Source: a virus
Strand: one strand, 5' to 3'
DNA: 64,000 bases
Virus record (IMG/VR): IMGVR_UViG_3300042503_000110
Coordinates: 14,729-78,728 of that record
Notes under the pieces: model-generated
Seen by the model: only the letters and a program-made list of their open reading frames with translations
Told to the model about the DNA's origin: nothing
Database searches by the model: none
Shown: positions 18,020 through 28,100 of the stretch, piece after piece
Position numbering within the stretch: the stretch's first letter is position 1
Layout: each line of letters opens with the position of its first letter
Translations under genes and position numbers: made by a program

Positions 18020-19360
18020 ATGAATCACAAAATCACACAAGTATTCGTGCCTACCTCAGTAAACACCTCGTTGACTACTGACGCTTTAGGCAAACAAGTG
18101 ATGGGCGTGTACAACCCCAACACTTATGCTAACATTGGTGGAACTACTGCTGACGCAGACTTCTTGGTTGCAATTGGCTCAGCTGCCGTTGGAAGCAAGT
18201 ATGGCTCTTTCAAAAGTTCTCCCATCAAATTGTCTAACATTATCTCTACCCGTAAAACACAGGCAGATACTACTGTTAAACAACAGATCACTTACATCGG
18301 TTACGATGACGTAAACGATTCTAAGTCTCCCGTTTTCGGTTGTGACGAAGAGTACACTTTGACTATCAAGATTGATGAGTACTGGTCTAAAGGTATTTTC
18401 CAACCTATGATTCAGGAGTCAGTACGTGTTAAAACCACTTGCTGCACTGAGTGTGGTGGAAACTGCGATGCTTTAGGTTGCTACCCTTTCATGATTGAAT
18501 TGGTAAACAAAGTAAACAGCAATCCTTTGTTGAGCAAGTATGTAGTTGCTACTATGGTAAACAAAGGTAGTGCACCTACCTACAAGTTCCGTTTGGTAGT
18601 AGCTGACCCAGGTGACAGTACTGCAGAGACTTCTGTATTGACTGCTTTGCGTTCTGCTTATGCTTCTTTCGTTGCAACTGCTGGTACTGACATCGTTATC
18701 ACTTCAGACACTGATGGTGACTCTGATGCGGATAGCTTAGGTACTACTATGTATGAGTTGACTTCTAACGTAGCTGCTATCAACAGCGGTGCGCAAGAGT
18801 TGCCTCCTTACAATGGTATTGCTTGGGAAAAATTCGAAGCTAGTGCTGGTTCAGTAACTGCTTGCGGTATTGAACTTGAAGGTAAAGCTTTGGACGAATT
18901 TGGAAACGCTTGTGTTCCTGATGCAGTTCCTTACGTGTTTAACTTGGTTCGTTTCCAAGCTGTAGTTCACAAAGGACCTTTCACCACTATGGATTTTGAC
19001 TTGCCTTCAGATTGCGGAAACTGGGCCGTGACTAAAGTTCAAGACATTAAATATCCTGTAGGTGTTGGTGCTGCGATTGCAGAATTTGAGCGTCACCATT
19101 TCACTAATAACTTGCCTGCAACTGCAGATGCTCGTTACTACTGGAATCCAATTTACAACGAAGATGCTAACCAGTACTTGTATGTTAACTCTGCAACTAC
19201 TTATGACATGTATGAGATCACTTACTTGGAGGATTCTCCTGTAGGTTTCGAGAACAAAACTCGTAACACTCATTCATTGGTTGTGTTGGCTTCTTCAGGT
19301 GTTACTGCTGCGGTAACTACTGCGTTGAACAACGTATTGCCTACTGTTCTCCACGTGTAA
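18020..19360 (+). CDS. Abundant structural protein (auxiliary-capsid-like)
   Basis: MCP-like codon bias; own downstream terminator; Cys cluster CCTECGGNC. Confidence 0.55.
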   Translation: MNHKITQVFVPTSVNTSLTTDALGKQVMGVYNPNTYANIGGTTADADFLVAIGSAAVGSKYGSFKSSPIKLSNIISTRKTQADTTVKQQITYIGYDDVNDSKSPVFGCDEEYTLTIKIDEYWSKGIFQPMIQESVRVKTTCCTECGGNCDALGCYPFMIELVNKVNSNPLLSKYVVATMVNKGSAPTYKFRLVVADPGDSTAETSVLTALRSAYASFVATAGTDIVITSDTDGDSDADSLGTTMYELTSNVAAINSGAQELPPYNGIAWEKFEASAGSVTACGIELEGKALDEFGNACVPDAVPYVFNLVRFQAVVHKGPFTTMDFDLPSDCGNWAVTKVQDIKYPVGVGAAIAEFERHHFTNNLPATADARYYWNPIYNEDANQYLYVNSATTYDMYEITYLEDSPVGFENKTRNTHSLVVLASSGVTAAVTTALNNVLPTVLHV

Positions 19361-19367
19361 TTTATTT

Positions 19368-19392
19368 GGGGGAGGTAACACTCCCCCTTTTT
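19368..19392 (+). terminator. Rho-independent terminator
   Basis: GGGGGAG-gtaaca-CTCCCCC then TTTTT. Confidence 0.75.
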
Positions 19393-19414
19393 ACCTTTAA
19401 CCCAAAAAAAATAA

Positions 19415-19858
19415 ATGAAAGATTTAATTTTAAAAACTGGAACATACGTAGAGTTAGTTACCAACAAAAACACTCAAAGCAAAGCTGTCCCTGGCGCTTC
19501 TTTGGAGAAGTTTGTGGTTACTCTACTAAAGAATCCAACTTGCTGTGCCAAGTTCGTTTCTTTGACTAAAGGAGTTGTTACAGGTATTGCTGCTGGAGGT
19601 AGTACTACTTTGCAAGCCCCTGCGGGTGATTTAACTATTGCTAGCCAAACTATTGGTGCAGGCTCTTCAATTTCCTTTACATTGAACAATTCTTTTATCA
19701 AGGCGGATTCTGTAATTTTAGCTACGGTAAATGACACAACTGGGACAGGTGTTTTATTCTGTATGGTAGATAATATTGTTGCAGGTTCTTGCACAATAAC
19801 AATCTACGCGCTTACTGCAAACACTGGTGTTGTAACTGTTGGATTTGCAATTTTCTAA
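19415..19858 (+). CDS. Small beta-rich structural protein (head fibre/decoration-like)
   Basis: Thr/Gly/Ala beta-strand-rich C-terminal domain; flanked by terminators in the structural module. Confidence 0.5.
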   Translation: MKDLILKTGTYVELVTNKNTQSKAVPGASLEKFVVTLLKNPTCCAKFVSLTKGVVTGIAAGGSTTLQAPAGDLTIASQTIGAGSSISFTLNNSFIKADSVILATVNDTTGTGVLFCMVDNIVAGSCTITIYALTANTGVVTVGFAIF

Positions 19859-19868
19859 ACAAACTAAT

Positions 19869-19894
19869 AGGGGAGAGAAATCTCCCCTTTATTT
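19869..19894 (+). terminator. Rho-independent terminator
   Basis: AGGGGAGA-gaaa-TCTCCCCT then TTATTT. Confidence 0.7.
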
Positions 19895-19900
19895 AAACCT

Positions 19901-20413
19901 ATGCCAAACATTAAATTAAACCTAGAAGTATATAAATCAAAAGATTGTGGTACTATGGCTGTGCTAGACACATCCTATTATCCTGTAGCTCCTGACACTG
20001 CAAGCATAACTATTGACGTGCCAGGTTACGATACTCCTTACAATTTTCCTTTTGTTTTAAATGAGATTAACATTTTAAACGCCTACTCGTTTGGCTTGGT
20101 TGCTAGTGATGAAGATAGTGCCCAGTATCAATTACCTGATGGTGTCTATCATCTCACAATTACTACTTGTCCTGACTTAGGATTAAATAGCAGATTTCAT
20201 TTAAGAACCTGCAACATTGATTGTCGTCTTGCAGCTCAATGGGTAAAATACATTGACTGTTGTGAAGACGAAAAAATGCTCTATTACTTAGATAGAGTTG
20301 ACTTTTTACTTCGTGGTGCGGAAGCGCATGCCGATTTGTGCAACCCTGAAAAGGCTACTGAACTTTATAGAAAAGCAGATGACTTACTCCGAAGAATTGA
20401 GCTTGACTGTTAA
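19901..20413 (+). CDS. Cys-rich structural protein (tail hub-like)
   Basis: LPDGVY motif, several Cys, synteny. Confidence 0.5.
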   Translation: MPNIKLNLEVYKSKDCGTMAVLDTSYYPVAPDTASITIDVPGYDTPYNFPFVLNEINILNAYSFGLVASDEDSAQYQLPDGVYHLTITTCPDLGLNSRFHLRTCNIDCRLAAQWVKYIDCCEDEKMLYYLDRVDFLLRGAEAHADLCNPEKATELYRKADDLLRRIELDC

Positions 20414-20567
20414 GAAGAAACTTGCTAATGCTGCATACAAAGAGTTACAGCATATCAAGTATCTTACAAAACCATACCATAAGAAGTCGCGTAAATACGT
20501 TAGCTTCTTAAGATACCAACACTGCCTTGAATGTGCAGACACATTAAACTTTAAATTAAAACACTAA
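20379..20567 (+). CDS. Small basic hypothetical protein
   Basis: ATG 20379 preferred over TTG 20298; ends 1 nt before the next gene. Confidence 0.5.
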   Translation: MTYSEELSLTVKKKLANAAYKELQHIKYLTKPYHKKSRKYVSFLRYQHCLECADTLNFKLKH

Positions 20568-20568
20568 A

Positions 20569-21123
20569 ATGGCCAAATGTTGTCAAACTAATAACTGCGT
20601 AGAAATACAACCTTCAGGTTGTGTTAAGTACACTGGTACACCCACCGCTAATGGTTTATTGGATAAACAAGACTATTGTGATCCTTACCTAAACGATGTC
20701 ATCAAGTTTATTGATGATACTATGACTGGGTTGGATACTCGCGTAGGTCTTGATAAAACAGCTCTTGACACTGCAAATTCAGCGTGCGGAACTGTTCCTC
20801 TAATGAATCTTGCCACTGTTACCGTAAAGGATAACAAATATTACTCAGCTGAAGTAGTCCTAAAACTAGTAGCTGTGATATGTGAATTACGTTCTAGACT
20901 TAACTATCTAGTTAACGAAGATATTAATACTAATCAAGGAAACTTGCATTGGGAAGATTTGCCTCTAAGCCAAAACTTTAAAGATTGGATGCAACAAAAC
21001 GGTTATACAGCATGTTTAGGTAACGATCCCTGTGATCCTACTAAACAAATTTTAACATTGGGAACACTTCTTCAGGCTTTAATTAAAAAGATTTGTGAGT
21101 GCTGCGAGGGTACTATTCAATAA
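20569..21123 (+). CDS. Cys-rich fibre-associated protein
   Basis: N-terminal CC..C..GCVKYTG resembles the N-terminus of the next gene (CITYSG). Confidence 0.5.
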   Translation: MAKCCQTNNCVEIQPSGCVKYTGTPTANGLLDKQDYCDPYLNDVIKFIDDTMTGLDTRVGLDKTALDTANSACGTVPLMNLATVTVKDNKYYSAEVVLKLVAVICELRSRLNYLVNEDINTNQGNLHWEDLPLSQNFKDWMQQNGYTACLGNDPCDPTKQILTLGTLLQALIKKICECCEGTIQ

Positions 21124-21131
21124 AATAAACT

Positions 21132-23051
21132 ATGGGACATTGTACTGATTGTTACGGATCTTCGGTTGTAGCCCCTTGCAGTGATCAAGGTTGCTTATCG
21201 ACAAACTTTGGTAAGTGTATAACTTACTCAGGTGTAGACTTATTTTGTGCTACAGGCGCAATAGGAAATATTAGTGTTGGAGGAACTGCTGTGGTTCCTG
21301 GGACAACTACTACCCACGCAAACATCTCTGGTACTAACATTACAGGTACTGGTACAGGTGCTACATTCGACGTAGTTAGAACAGCAGGTTCTAATACGTA
21401 CAGTGTAATAGTGGCGAACAGAGGTTCTGGGTATGCTGCGCTTAATCAAATTAGAATTTTAGGTACTAGTGTAGGTGGAGCATCTCCAGCTAATGACATC
21501 ACTATTACTATTTCTACGTTGAATGCAGTTATTGCTTCAGGAGCTAATCTAGACACTATCATCACCACCTTCCACAATGCTTTGTGTTCTGGAATAAGTG
21601 GTGCAGGAGGATTAGATTACTCTACCTTAAACTACTCTTGTCTTCGTCAGAATGGAGTGCTTACTGGTATTGGTACTCCAATTACTACTGAAGCTCAATT
21701 TGTTCAAGCCGCTGCTGCTGCAATGTGTGCACTTAACACTACACTGCAGGACTACGATGGACAAATTATTCTAAACAACATTGAAGGAAGTATCCCAGGA
21801 TTACCTGGTACTTACAATCTAGACCAGTATTTGACTTCTCTTACTTCTTATGTAAACACCATTAGAGGTTATGTAGAGATGAATACTGTCTTGGACAATC
21901 CTTGCGTAGGTTATGCGTTTACTACTAAACCTAGTACCGATATAATTGCTGATTATATTAACTGGATTACAACTAACATGTGCGGAATGTATACTTCATT
22001 AAATGGAAGTATTACCAGCACAACTACTACTGCAAATAACTTAAAAACTTATATTGCAGGTGCAGGAACAATTCCTTCAGTTGTAAATACATCTACACTT
22101 CCTGGAGGTTCTACTACTAGTAATGCTTCAGCAGCGATTACATTGCTTGTTTCACAAGTTGCGTCTATCAATACTGCTTTATCTAGTGTACCATCAGCAA
22201 ACTACGCATTAACTTGGGCTACTTGTTTCCCAGGATCTTTCCCAGCTAACTCTGTATTCAAGAGTCAAACTTGGAACTACTCCAATACAGCGACTACTTT
22301 ACAAACTCAGTTAGACAGAATCGTAGCAGTACTTTCAAGACTTAATATTAAGTTTGACGCTACCTTATTTACCGTAGATGCTACGTCTAGTTGTGGTGCT
22401 ACAATCGGACTTCAGTCAGGAGTTGCATTTACTCCTGCTAGTTTGAATGCTGCTGTCTTGAATGACTTAGGTGATGTAACAACTTCATCTCTTGTTAATG
22501 GAGACTTCTTGACTTACGATACAGGTATTTGGAAAAACAAAGTAGTTACTGTTAAAATCAACGGTTCTACTGCAAATGTTACTAAGACTGTAAGTGCGAG
22601 TGAGATTAGCTTTGACTTAGCAATCACAAGTGCTACTCCAGCTATCTATCCTCTTGCGCCTTTCAACACTGTAGAGTATACTGTTGCTAATGCTCCAAGA
22701 TTTCCTATGGGAGGTCAACCTTTTCCTTATGCTGTGTTGCATGGTAATATGGTTACTCTTCATGGAGTATTGCAAATGAATACAAGTAGTTTTAGCTGGA
22801 ACCATCTTGGAACTAAGCTGATTGCTACTCTTCCTGCTCCTGTTAGACCTCTTACTACGGATGTTTACTTTAACGTAGAACTTTACGTTAAAGTGGGTGC
22901 GAACTACTCACCTACGTACACTAGAGCTACAGGACAAATCACACCTACTGGAAACTTAATTCTTCACTTAATGAATCCTGCTGGAGGTATTGTACTTACG
23001 TCAAGTGATTTAATTGAAGTCTTAATCGGAGGCGTTACCTACGCTATCTAA
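21132..23051 (+). CDS. Tail fibre / receptor-binding protein
   Basis: Cys-rich N-terminus; GTGATFDV..GSGY..PANDITI module; LNDLGDV..GDFLTYD..WKN fibre repeat; C-terminal GNMVTLHG..IATLPAPVRP head domain. Confidence 0.7.
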   Translation: MGHCTDCYGSSVVAPCSDQGCLSTNFGKCITYSGVDLFCATGAIGNISVGGTAVVPGTTTTHANISGTNITGTGTGATFDVVRTAGSNTYSVIVANRGSGYAALNQIRILGTSVGGASPANDITITISTLNAVIASGANLDTIITTFHNALCSGISGAGGLDYSTLNYSCLRQNGVLTGIGTPITTEAQFVQAAAAAMCALNTTLQDYDGQIILNNIEGSIPGLPGTYNLDQYLTSLTSYVNTIRGYVEMNTVLDNPCVGYAFTTKPSTDIIADYINWITTNMCGMYTSLNGSITSTTTTANNLKTYIAGAGTIPSVVNTSTLPGGSTTSNASAAITLLVSQVASINTALSSVPSANYALTWATCFPGSFPANSVFKSQTWNYSNTATTLQTQLDRIVAVLSRLNIKFDATLFTVDATSSCGATIGLQSGVAFTPASLNAAVLNDLGDVTTSSLVNGDFLTYDTGIWKNKVVTVKINGSTANVTKTVSASEISFDLAITSATPAIYPLAPFNTVEYTVANAPRFPMGGQPFPYAVLHGNMVTLHGVLQMNTSSFSWNHLGTKLIATLPAPVRPLTTDVYFNVELYVKVGANYSPTYTRATGQITPTGNLILHLMNPAGGIVLTSSDLIEVLIGGVTYAI

Positions 23052-23101
23052 AGATATTGGCGGGAATTTAAAGGTTGGTTTTCCTCGTCTGATGCTGAAA
23101 T

Positions 23102-23125
23102 GAGCCTAGGTGACTAGGCTCTTTT
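23102..23125 (+). terminator. Rho-independent terminator
   Basis: GAGCCTAG-gtga-CTAGGCTC then TTTT. Confidence 0.75.
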
Positions 23126-23139
23126 AGTTTAATATAAAC

Positions 23140-23169
23140 TTGACTAAAAATGAAATTTAAGTATATTTG
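23140..23169 (+). promoter_or_regulatory. Bacteroidota-type promoter for the tail operon
   Basis: TTG 23140-23142, N19, TATATTTG 23162-23169. Confidence 0.8.
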
Positions 23170-23183
23170 TAATACCCAGAGTT

Positions 23184-23825
23184 ATGTTAACTAACGGAGA
23201 ATTAATAGCAAGAGTTAAAAACGCTAACAAATTTGTTAGTGATGATGACGTTATTAGCGATAGGTTCATCTATGATTTGCTAAAAGCAAAGGCTTCTGTC
23301 CTAGTTAAACGGGAACTAAATCTTCGTAAATTATTAGCTTCAGATAACGTTTATCAAGCATACGAATGTATCTGTTTAATTGAGGCTCCTGGTGCGGAAT
23401 GTGACTTAGGGTGTAATATAAGAAGAACTAAAAAGAAACTGCCTAAGATTGAAGAAGGTCTTTATTCCTACTTTATTCAGGGAGTGTTTAATACATCTAA
23501 TTCTGAAGAACTTTTTCCTACTACTATTCGCGATTTTATTAATCACGGTAGACTTCGTATTAAGACTCCTAAGAAGTTTTATACGATACGTAACGGCTAT
23601 CTTTATGTACTTGATCCCGATGTAGAATCAGTAAACATGTACGCATATTTTACAGAGTCTATAGAAGACATAGATGGAGTAGAATGTTTGAGCATGTACG
23701 ACAAAGAATTTAAGATAGCATCTTATCTTATAGATCCTTTGGTTCAATTAGTAAACCAGGAGTTAATTAACTACCATAAATTACCAGTTGAGCAAGAGGA
23801 TAACAACAGAGATGAACAAATATAA
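23184..23825 (+). CDS. Tail ring protein
   Basis: ISDRFI, NGYLY and C-terminal EDNNRD features; synteny. Confidence 0.55.
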   Translation: MLTNGELIARVKNANKFVSDDDVISDRFIYDLLKAKASVLVKRELNLRKLLASDNVYQAYECICLIEAPGAECDLGCNIRRTKKKLPKIEEGLYSYFIQGVFNTSNSEELFPTTIRDFINHGRLRIKTPKKFYTIRNGYLYVLDPDVESVNMYAYFTESIEDIDGVECLSMYDKEFKIASYLIDPLVQLVNQELINYHKLPVEQEDNNRDEQI

Positions 23826-23827
23826 CT

Positions 23828-24283
23828 ATGGAAGTTAGCCAACCTAAGAAGACACTGAAAAGATTAAGTTCCGATGTTAATTGTAATAACGCAGCTGCCT
23901 ATCGGAAGTTTATAAAAGAAACCCAACGTTCTGACATTAGCTACGAAATGTTTTCTAAAATCCCTGAGTTAGTTCACGAAGAGATGCTTAGAAAATTAAA
24001 GTCTGGTCCATACGCAATCTTGATACCGAAACTTGGGGTATTAAAATTAATTAAAGTAATTCCCTACATTAAGGGACATGCTTTGATAGACTGGGGCAGA
24101 TACAATAAGACAAAAGTGTGGGCTCCTTATAGAAACAATCACTCCGATGGTTATATTTATAAGACACATCTCTACACTTACACAAGAAAGTACCCAAACC
24201 TAGGTCTTTTTGAGTTTCAAGTAATTCGTAAACATCAAAGAGAACTAGCACAACTTATAAAAAATAACGAACTAAACCGATGA
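23828..24283 (+). CDS. IHF/HU-like protein of the crAss tail module
   Basis: IPKLGVLKLIK, IDWG, NNHSDGYIY; located between ring genes. Confidence 0.55.
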   Translation: MEVSQPKKTLKRLSSDVNCNNAAAYRKFIKETQRSDISYEMFSKIPELVHEEMLRKLKSGPYAILIPKLGVLKLIKVIPYIKGHALIDWGRYNKTKVWAPYRNNHSDGYIYKTHLYTYTRKYPNLGLFEFQVIRKHQRELAQLIKNNELNR

Positions 24284-25116
24284 AGTACGAGCACATAAAC
24301 TTCATATCTTCTGAGCCTCTTATTGCGGAGGTTAAACAAGAGCTTAAAAGTTACTTTGAGTCAGGGGCTATCTCTGAAGTTTTAGTACCTACTTTCATAG
24401 ACCAGGCTTTACGTAAGTTAAAGGTAATGGTGCTTACTCCAGAGGATGTTGTATTGCACTTTGTAAATTATAAGTCTGAGTTGCCCTGCAACTTTGCTCT
24501 TTTAGATCGAGCAACATTGTATGATTCTGATATTACGTTCTCTTCAGGTATGACATCTCTTAAGGGGTACTGGTATCAATCTTACGAAGTTCTAGAAGGC
24601 TGCGTAGACTGTACTCCTAAGACGGAATACTTTGAGCAGTTAATGATTCCTACTCCTGGCTTTAAAATAACTATGAAGAATCCAAAGTGGGTAAGAGTTT
24701 ATCACGGATCAAAAGCTTTATGTACTGAAGGTTGTCCTAACCTAAACGAGCCTAGTCCTGATATTATCCAAATACACGATAACAAAACAGTTAGTTCTTC
24801 TTTTGAAGAGGGCTGTGTGTACGTAAGATATTTCTCTAGACCAATGGATGATGATGGAATCCCTACTGTGCCTGAGATACTTGAGGTCGAGGAATACGTT
24901 AAATCTTATATGAAGTTTAAATTCTTTGAAATGTTGTGGCACTCACAGATTGACGAAAGTGCAGCACAGGTAGAACGAAAATTTCAATACTACAAACAAG
25001 ATCAATTAAATAAACTACAAGCTGCCTTTGCTTATCTTTTGACTAAGACTAAACAACAAAGTGCGGACAGTGTAGTAAAAGGACGTAAACAGTTTGTTAA
25101 GTTTCATATCAAGTAA
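24280..25116 (+). CDS. Tail ring / tubular protein
   Basis: ELPCNF, SSSFEEGCVYVRY..PMDDDGIP pattern; directly precedes the muzzle gene. Confidence 0.6.
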   Translation: MKYEHINFISSEPLIAEVKQELKSYFESGAISEVLVPTFIDQALRKLKVMVLTPEDVVLHFVNYKSELPCNFALLDRATLYDSDITFSSGMTSLKGYWYQSYEVLEGCVDCTPKTEYFEQLMIPTPGFKITMKNPKWVRVYHGSKALCTEGCPNLNEPSPDIIQIHDNKTVSSSFEEGCVYVRYFSRPMDDDGIPTVPEILEVEEYVKSYMKFKFFEMLWHSQIDESAAQVERKFQYYKQDQLNKLQAAFAYLLTKTKQQSADSVVKGRKQFVKFHIK

Positions 25117-28100
25117 TGGAGAATAAAATAAATCAGAACCTCATTGGTCTTAATTTAGATGCTATTACTTGGCAAGTAAAGGAAAACCAAATTACGTGGG
25201 CATTGAACGCAAACATTCAAGCGCACGATGGAGATTCTATTACCTATACAAATGAACCAGGAAACACTCCTTGTTACTCTTTTACGGAAGGGCAATTAGC
25301 GGGATTTAAAGTTGTAGGATTTACTAACATTGTAGAGCAATCTAAAGTTATTTTATTTCTTACTCACCCTGATGGAAGATCTCGTATAGGACAAATTACT
25401 TCGATAAATGATTCTTGTCTTGACATAGAAATAACTGAAAAGGACTGTGGTTGTAAAGAAGGAACTGTAATTACTGAAGGAGTAGTTGTATCTAACTTAC
25501 CTAACGTAGAGATTATTCCTACCTGTCCTGATGGATATTATTATGACCCAGCAGACCAGCTCTGCAAAAGAATCCAATATGCTCAGCCTGAGATACAGAA
25601 AGAAACATTTGTTCTAACAGCAACTAATAACTCAGCTTTTGGATTTATGAATCCTGTCCTCTATGATGAAGGCTGGAACTCTAGAGGTTGGGGTGGTAAT
25701 GGTTCTTTTAATAATGGAATAACCCGTCTAACTCTACCTTGGTGGAGATTCAATGGGACACCAGGAAATCCTGGACGTATTAACGAAATAGCTGTAAGAA
25801 TTTCTTCAGGGTCTGTTGTAAATACTTGGTTAAGTTTTACTACTACTTTGTGTGTGGCTGAAGAGAAAGTATACTACTTTGCTATTGCAGCAGACAATGC
25901 TTTTAGAGCAAAGTTAGATGGTGTTACTATTCTTGACCCGACTTTATCTTCTTTGTATGATATCTCTGGATTAGAAGACCAATGGAGAACAAATGTATTT
26001 GGTTCTCCTACAGCAGTCAATGCAGATCGCATAGGCTATGGTATGCTTCACATCTACCCATTAAGACTTACTGCGGGAAACCATATTCTACAACTTGAGT
26101 ATGTTGACTATGGTACTCCTCAAATGATTGCTGCTGAGATTTACGATAATACTCATGCTGAGATAATCGCAGCTACTTCTATTGGAGACCTTGATTTAAT
26201 TTGGACTACCGACAACCAAACCCAAGTAGAATCTATAACAGCAATAGACTGCCCTGATGGATACACTTTAGGAGCAGATGAAGATTGTAATTTAAGTTGC
26301 GTACTCAAAATTGAGAGTGAACCTACTTATGTACAAAGCGCACCTTCTTGTTGTAAGTACGAAGACATTGTAGTCGATGACTGCCAAGATATTTGTCCAG
26401 ACTCTTGCTATGAATACGTAGTAGGATTTATACCTAACAATGCTACTGTTGTAGTGGATGGGGTTACTACTGTTATTCCCGACCCTGTATCAAGTATTGA
26501 GAAGACATTTAGTTACGTTGATTGTTTAGGTAATCCTGTTTCAAACTTTATCTTAGGAGACAATAAAAGATTCACAGCAAGAAAAGGAACTCTTGAACTA
26601 AACCACAAGAGGCTTATCATCTTCCAGGAAACAAAAGTTATTGACCCAGCAACTCCTACATTCTCTAAAGACAACTGTTGTTTAAAGTTTGATATTGCAT
26701 TTCCTATCAATGCAGAATATCGCATAGACGAGTGTGAGACTAAAATTTATTATGTAGGACGTAATATTCCGCCTAGATACTTCTCTATTGAATATCCTTA
26801 CGGAAGAGATTCCTGTGGAAATTCTAGAGATTGTATTAAAGACTCTTGCGAAGACTCTAAGTTGTTTCCTGACTTCTGTATTCCAGAAGTTCACGCAACT
26901 AGCGTAGATAGTAACGGACAGTTAAAAGCAGGGGTTTATTCTTTTGCCATAGCTTATGCAGACGAGCAGGGAATTGAACTTACTGACTACTGTGACCTTA
27001 CTAATCCTATTCCTGTATTTGAGCGTAGCATTACTGAACAAACAGAATACGTTACTTCTAAGTCAATAAGTGTACAAGTTCAGCATAAGACTAGAATCTT
27101 TGAATACTTTAACTTAGTAGTAGCTGAGAACGTAAACACAGTTACTAACTATCACTTAGTAGGAACCTACAGAGTAAATCAATACACCGACCAAGATACG
27201 TTGACTTACACAGGGGACTTTAAATCTACGTTCTCTTCTATTGTACCTCTTATTAGATCTCCTCACTATGAGACTGCAAACATTATTGAGAAACAAAACG
27301 ACATCTTAATGATTGCAGACCTAGAAGAGTTTCCTAAATTTAACTTTCAACCGTTTGCCTCTAAGCTGAATCTTTTCTGGGAGACAGTAGAGATGCCAGC
27401 AGATAATGATTTAGACTACTCTTCTCCCGAAGTTGCCTACTTCTTCCGCACTTATCAGCGTGACGAGGTGTATGCTTTTGGTATAAAGTTTAGATTAAAG
27501 AACGGAAAGTATACAGACGTATTCCATATTCCTGGAAGAAGACCTGACTCCAATGATCTTGAATTAGAATCTTCTGCTACAAACAAAGACGTATTTGTAG
27601 CCGAGACTGATTGTTTGATTCCAGACTCTTCTCCTAGATGGAAAGTTTACAATACCGCAGGATTTGGTGGTTCAGTTTTAAAAGACCCTGACTTAGCTAA
27701 CGATATTGAAAAACAATACAACTGCGCTATTACTGTACACGAGCGTGGACAGTTTGCTTATTGGGAATCTATTGATGTGTATCCTTGCTACGATGAAATT
27801 TGGGAACAATCAACTGACCCTAACGCACCTTACTTTAATCCAGATGCTTTAGCGGGTAAACCTATCCGTCACCATAAGTTTCCTGACTCTGCAATTTCGC
27901 ACATTCACGGAAACAAAAGATTAACTACAGAGTTATTCAACGACCAAATAGGAAACGAATCTACTAGTGTACTATATCCTGTAGGAGTTCGTTTAAATGA
28001 AGAACTAATTGTTGCGCTTCTAAACGAAAAACTACCTAACGGTCAATACAAACACACAGTGTTTGATCCCATCAACAAAAAGAACGTACCAATCAAAGAT

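Noticed and set aside
19361-19414. Antiterminator pairing of TTTGGG with CCCAAA
   Set aside because: The partner lies downstream of the U-tract, so it cannot compete co-transcriptionally; pairing is short
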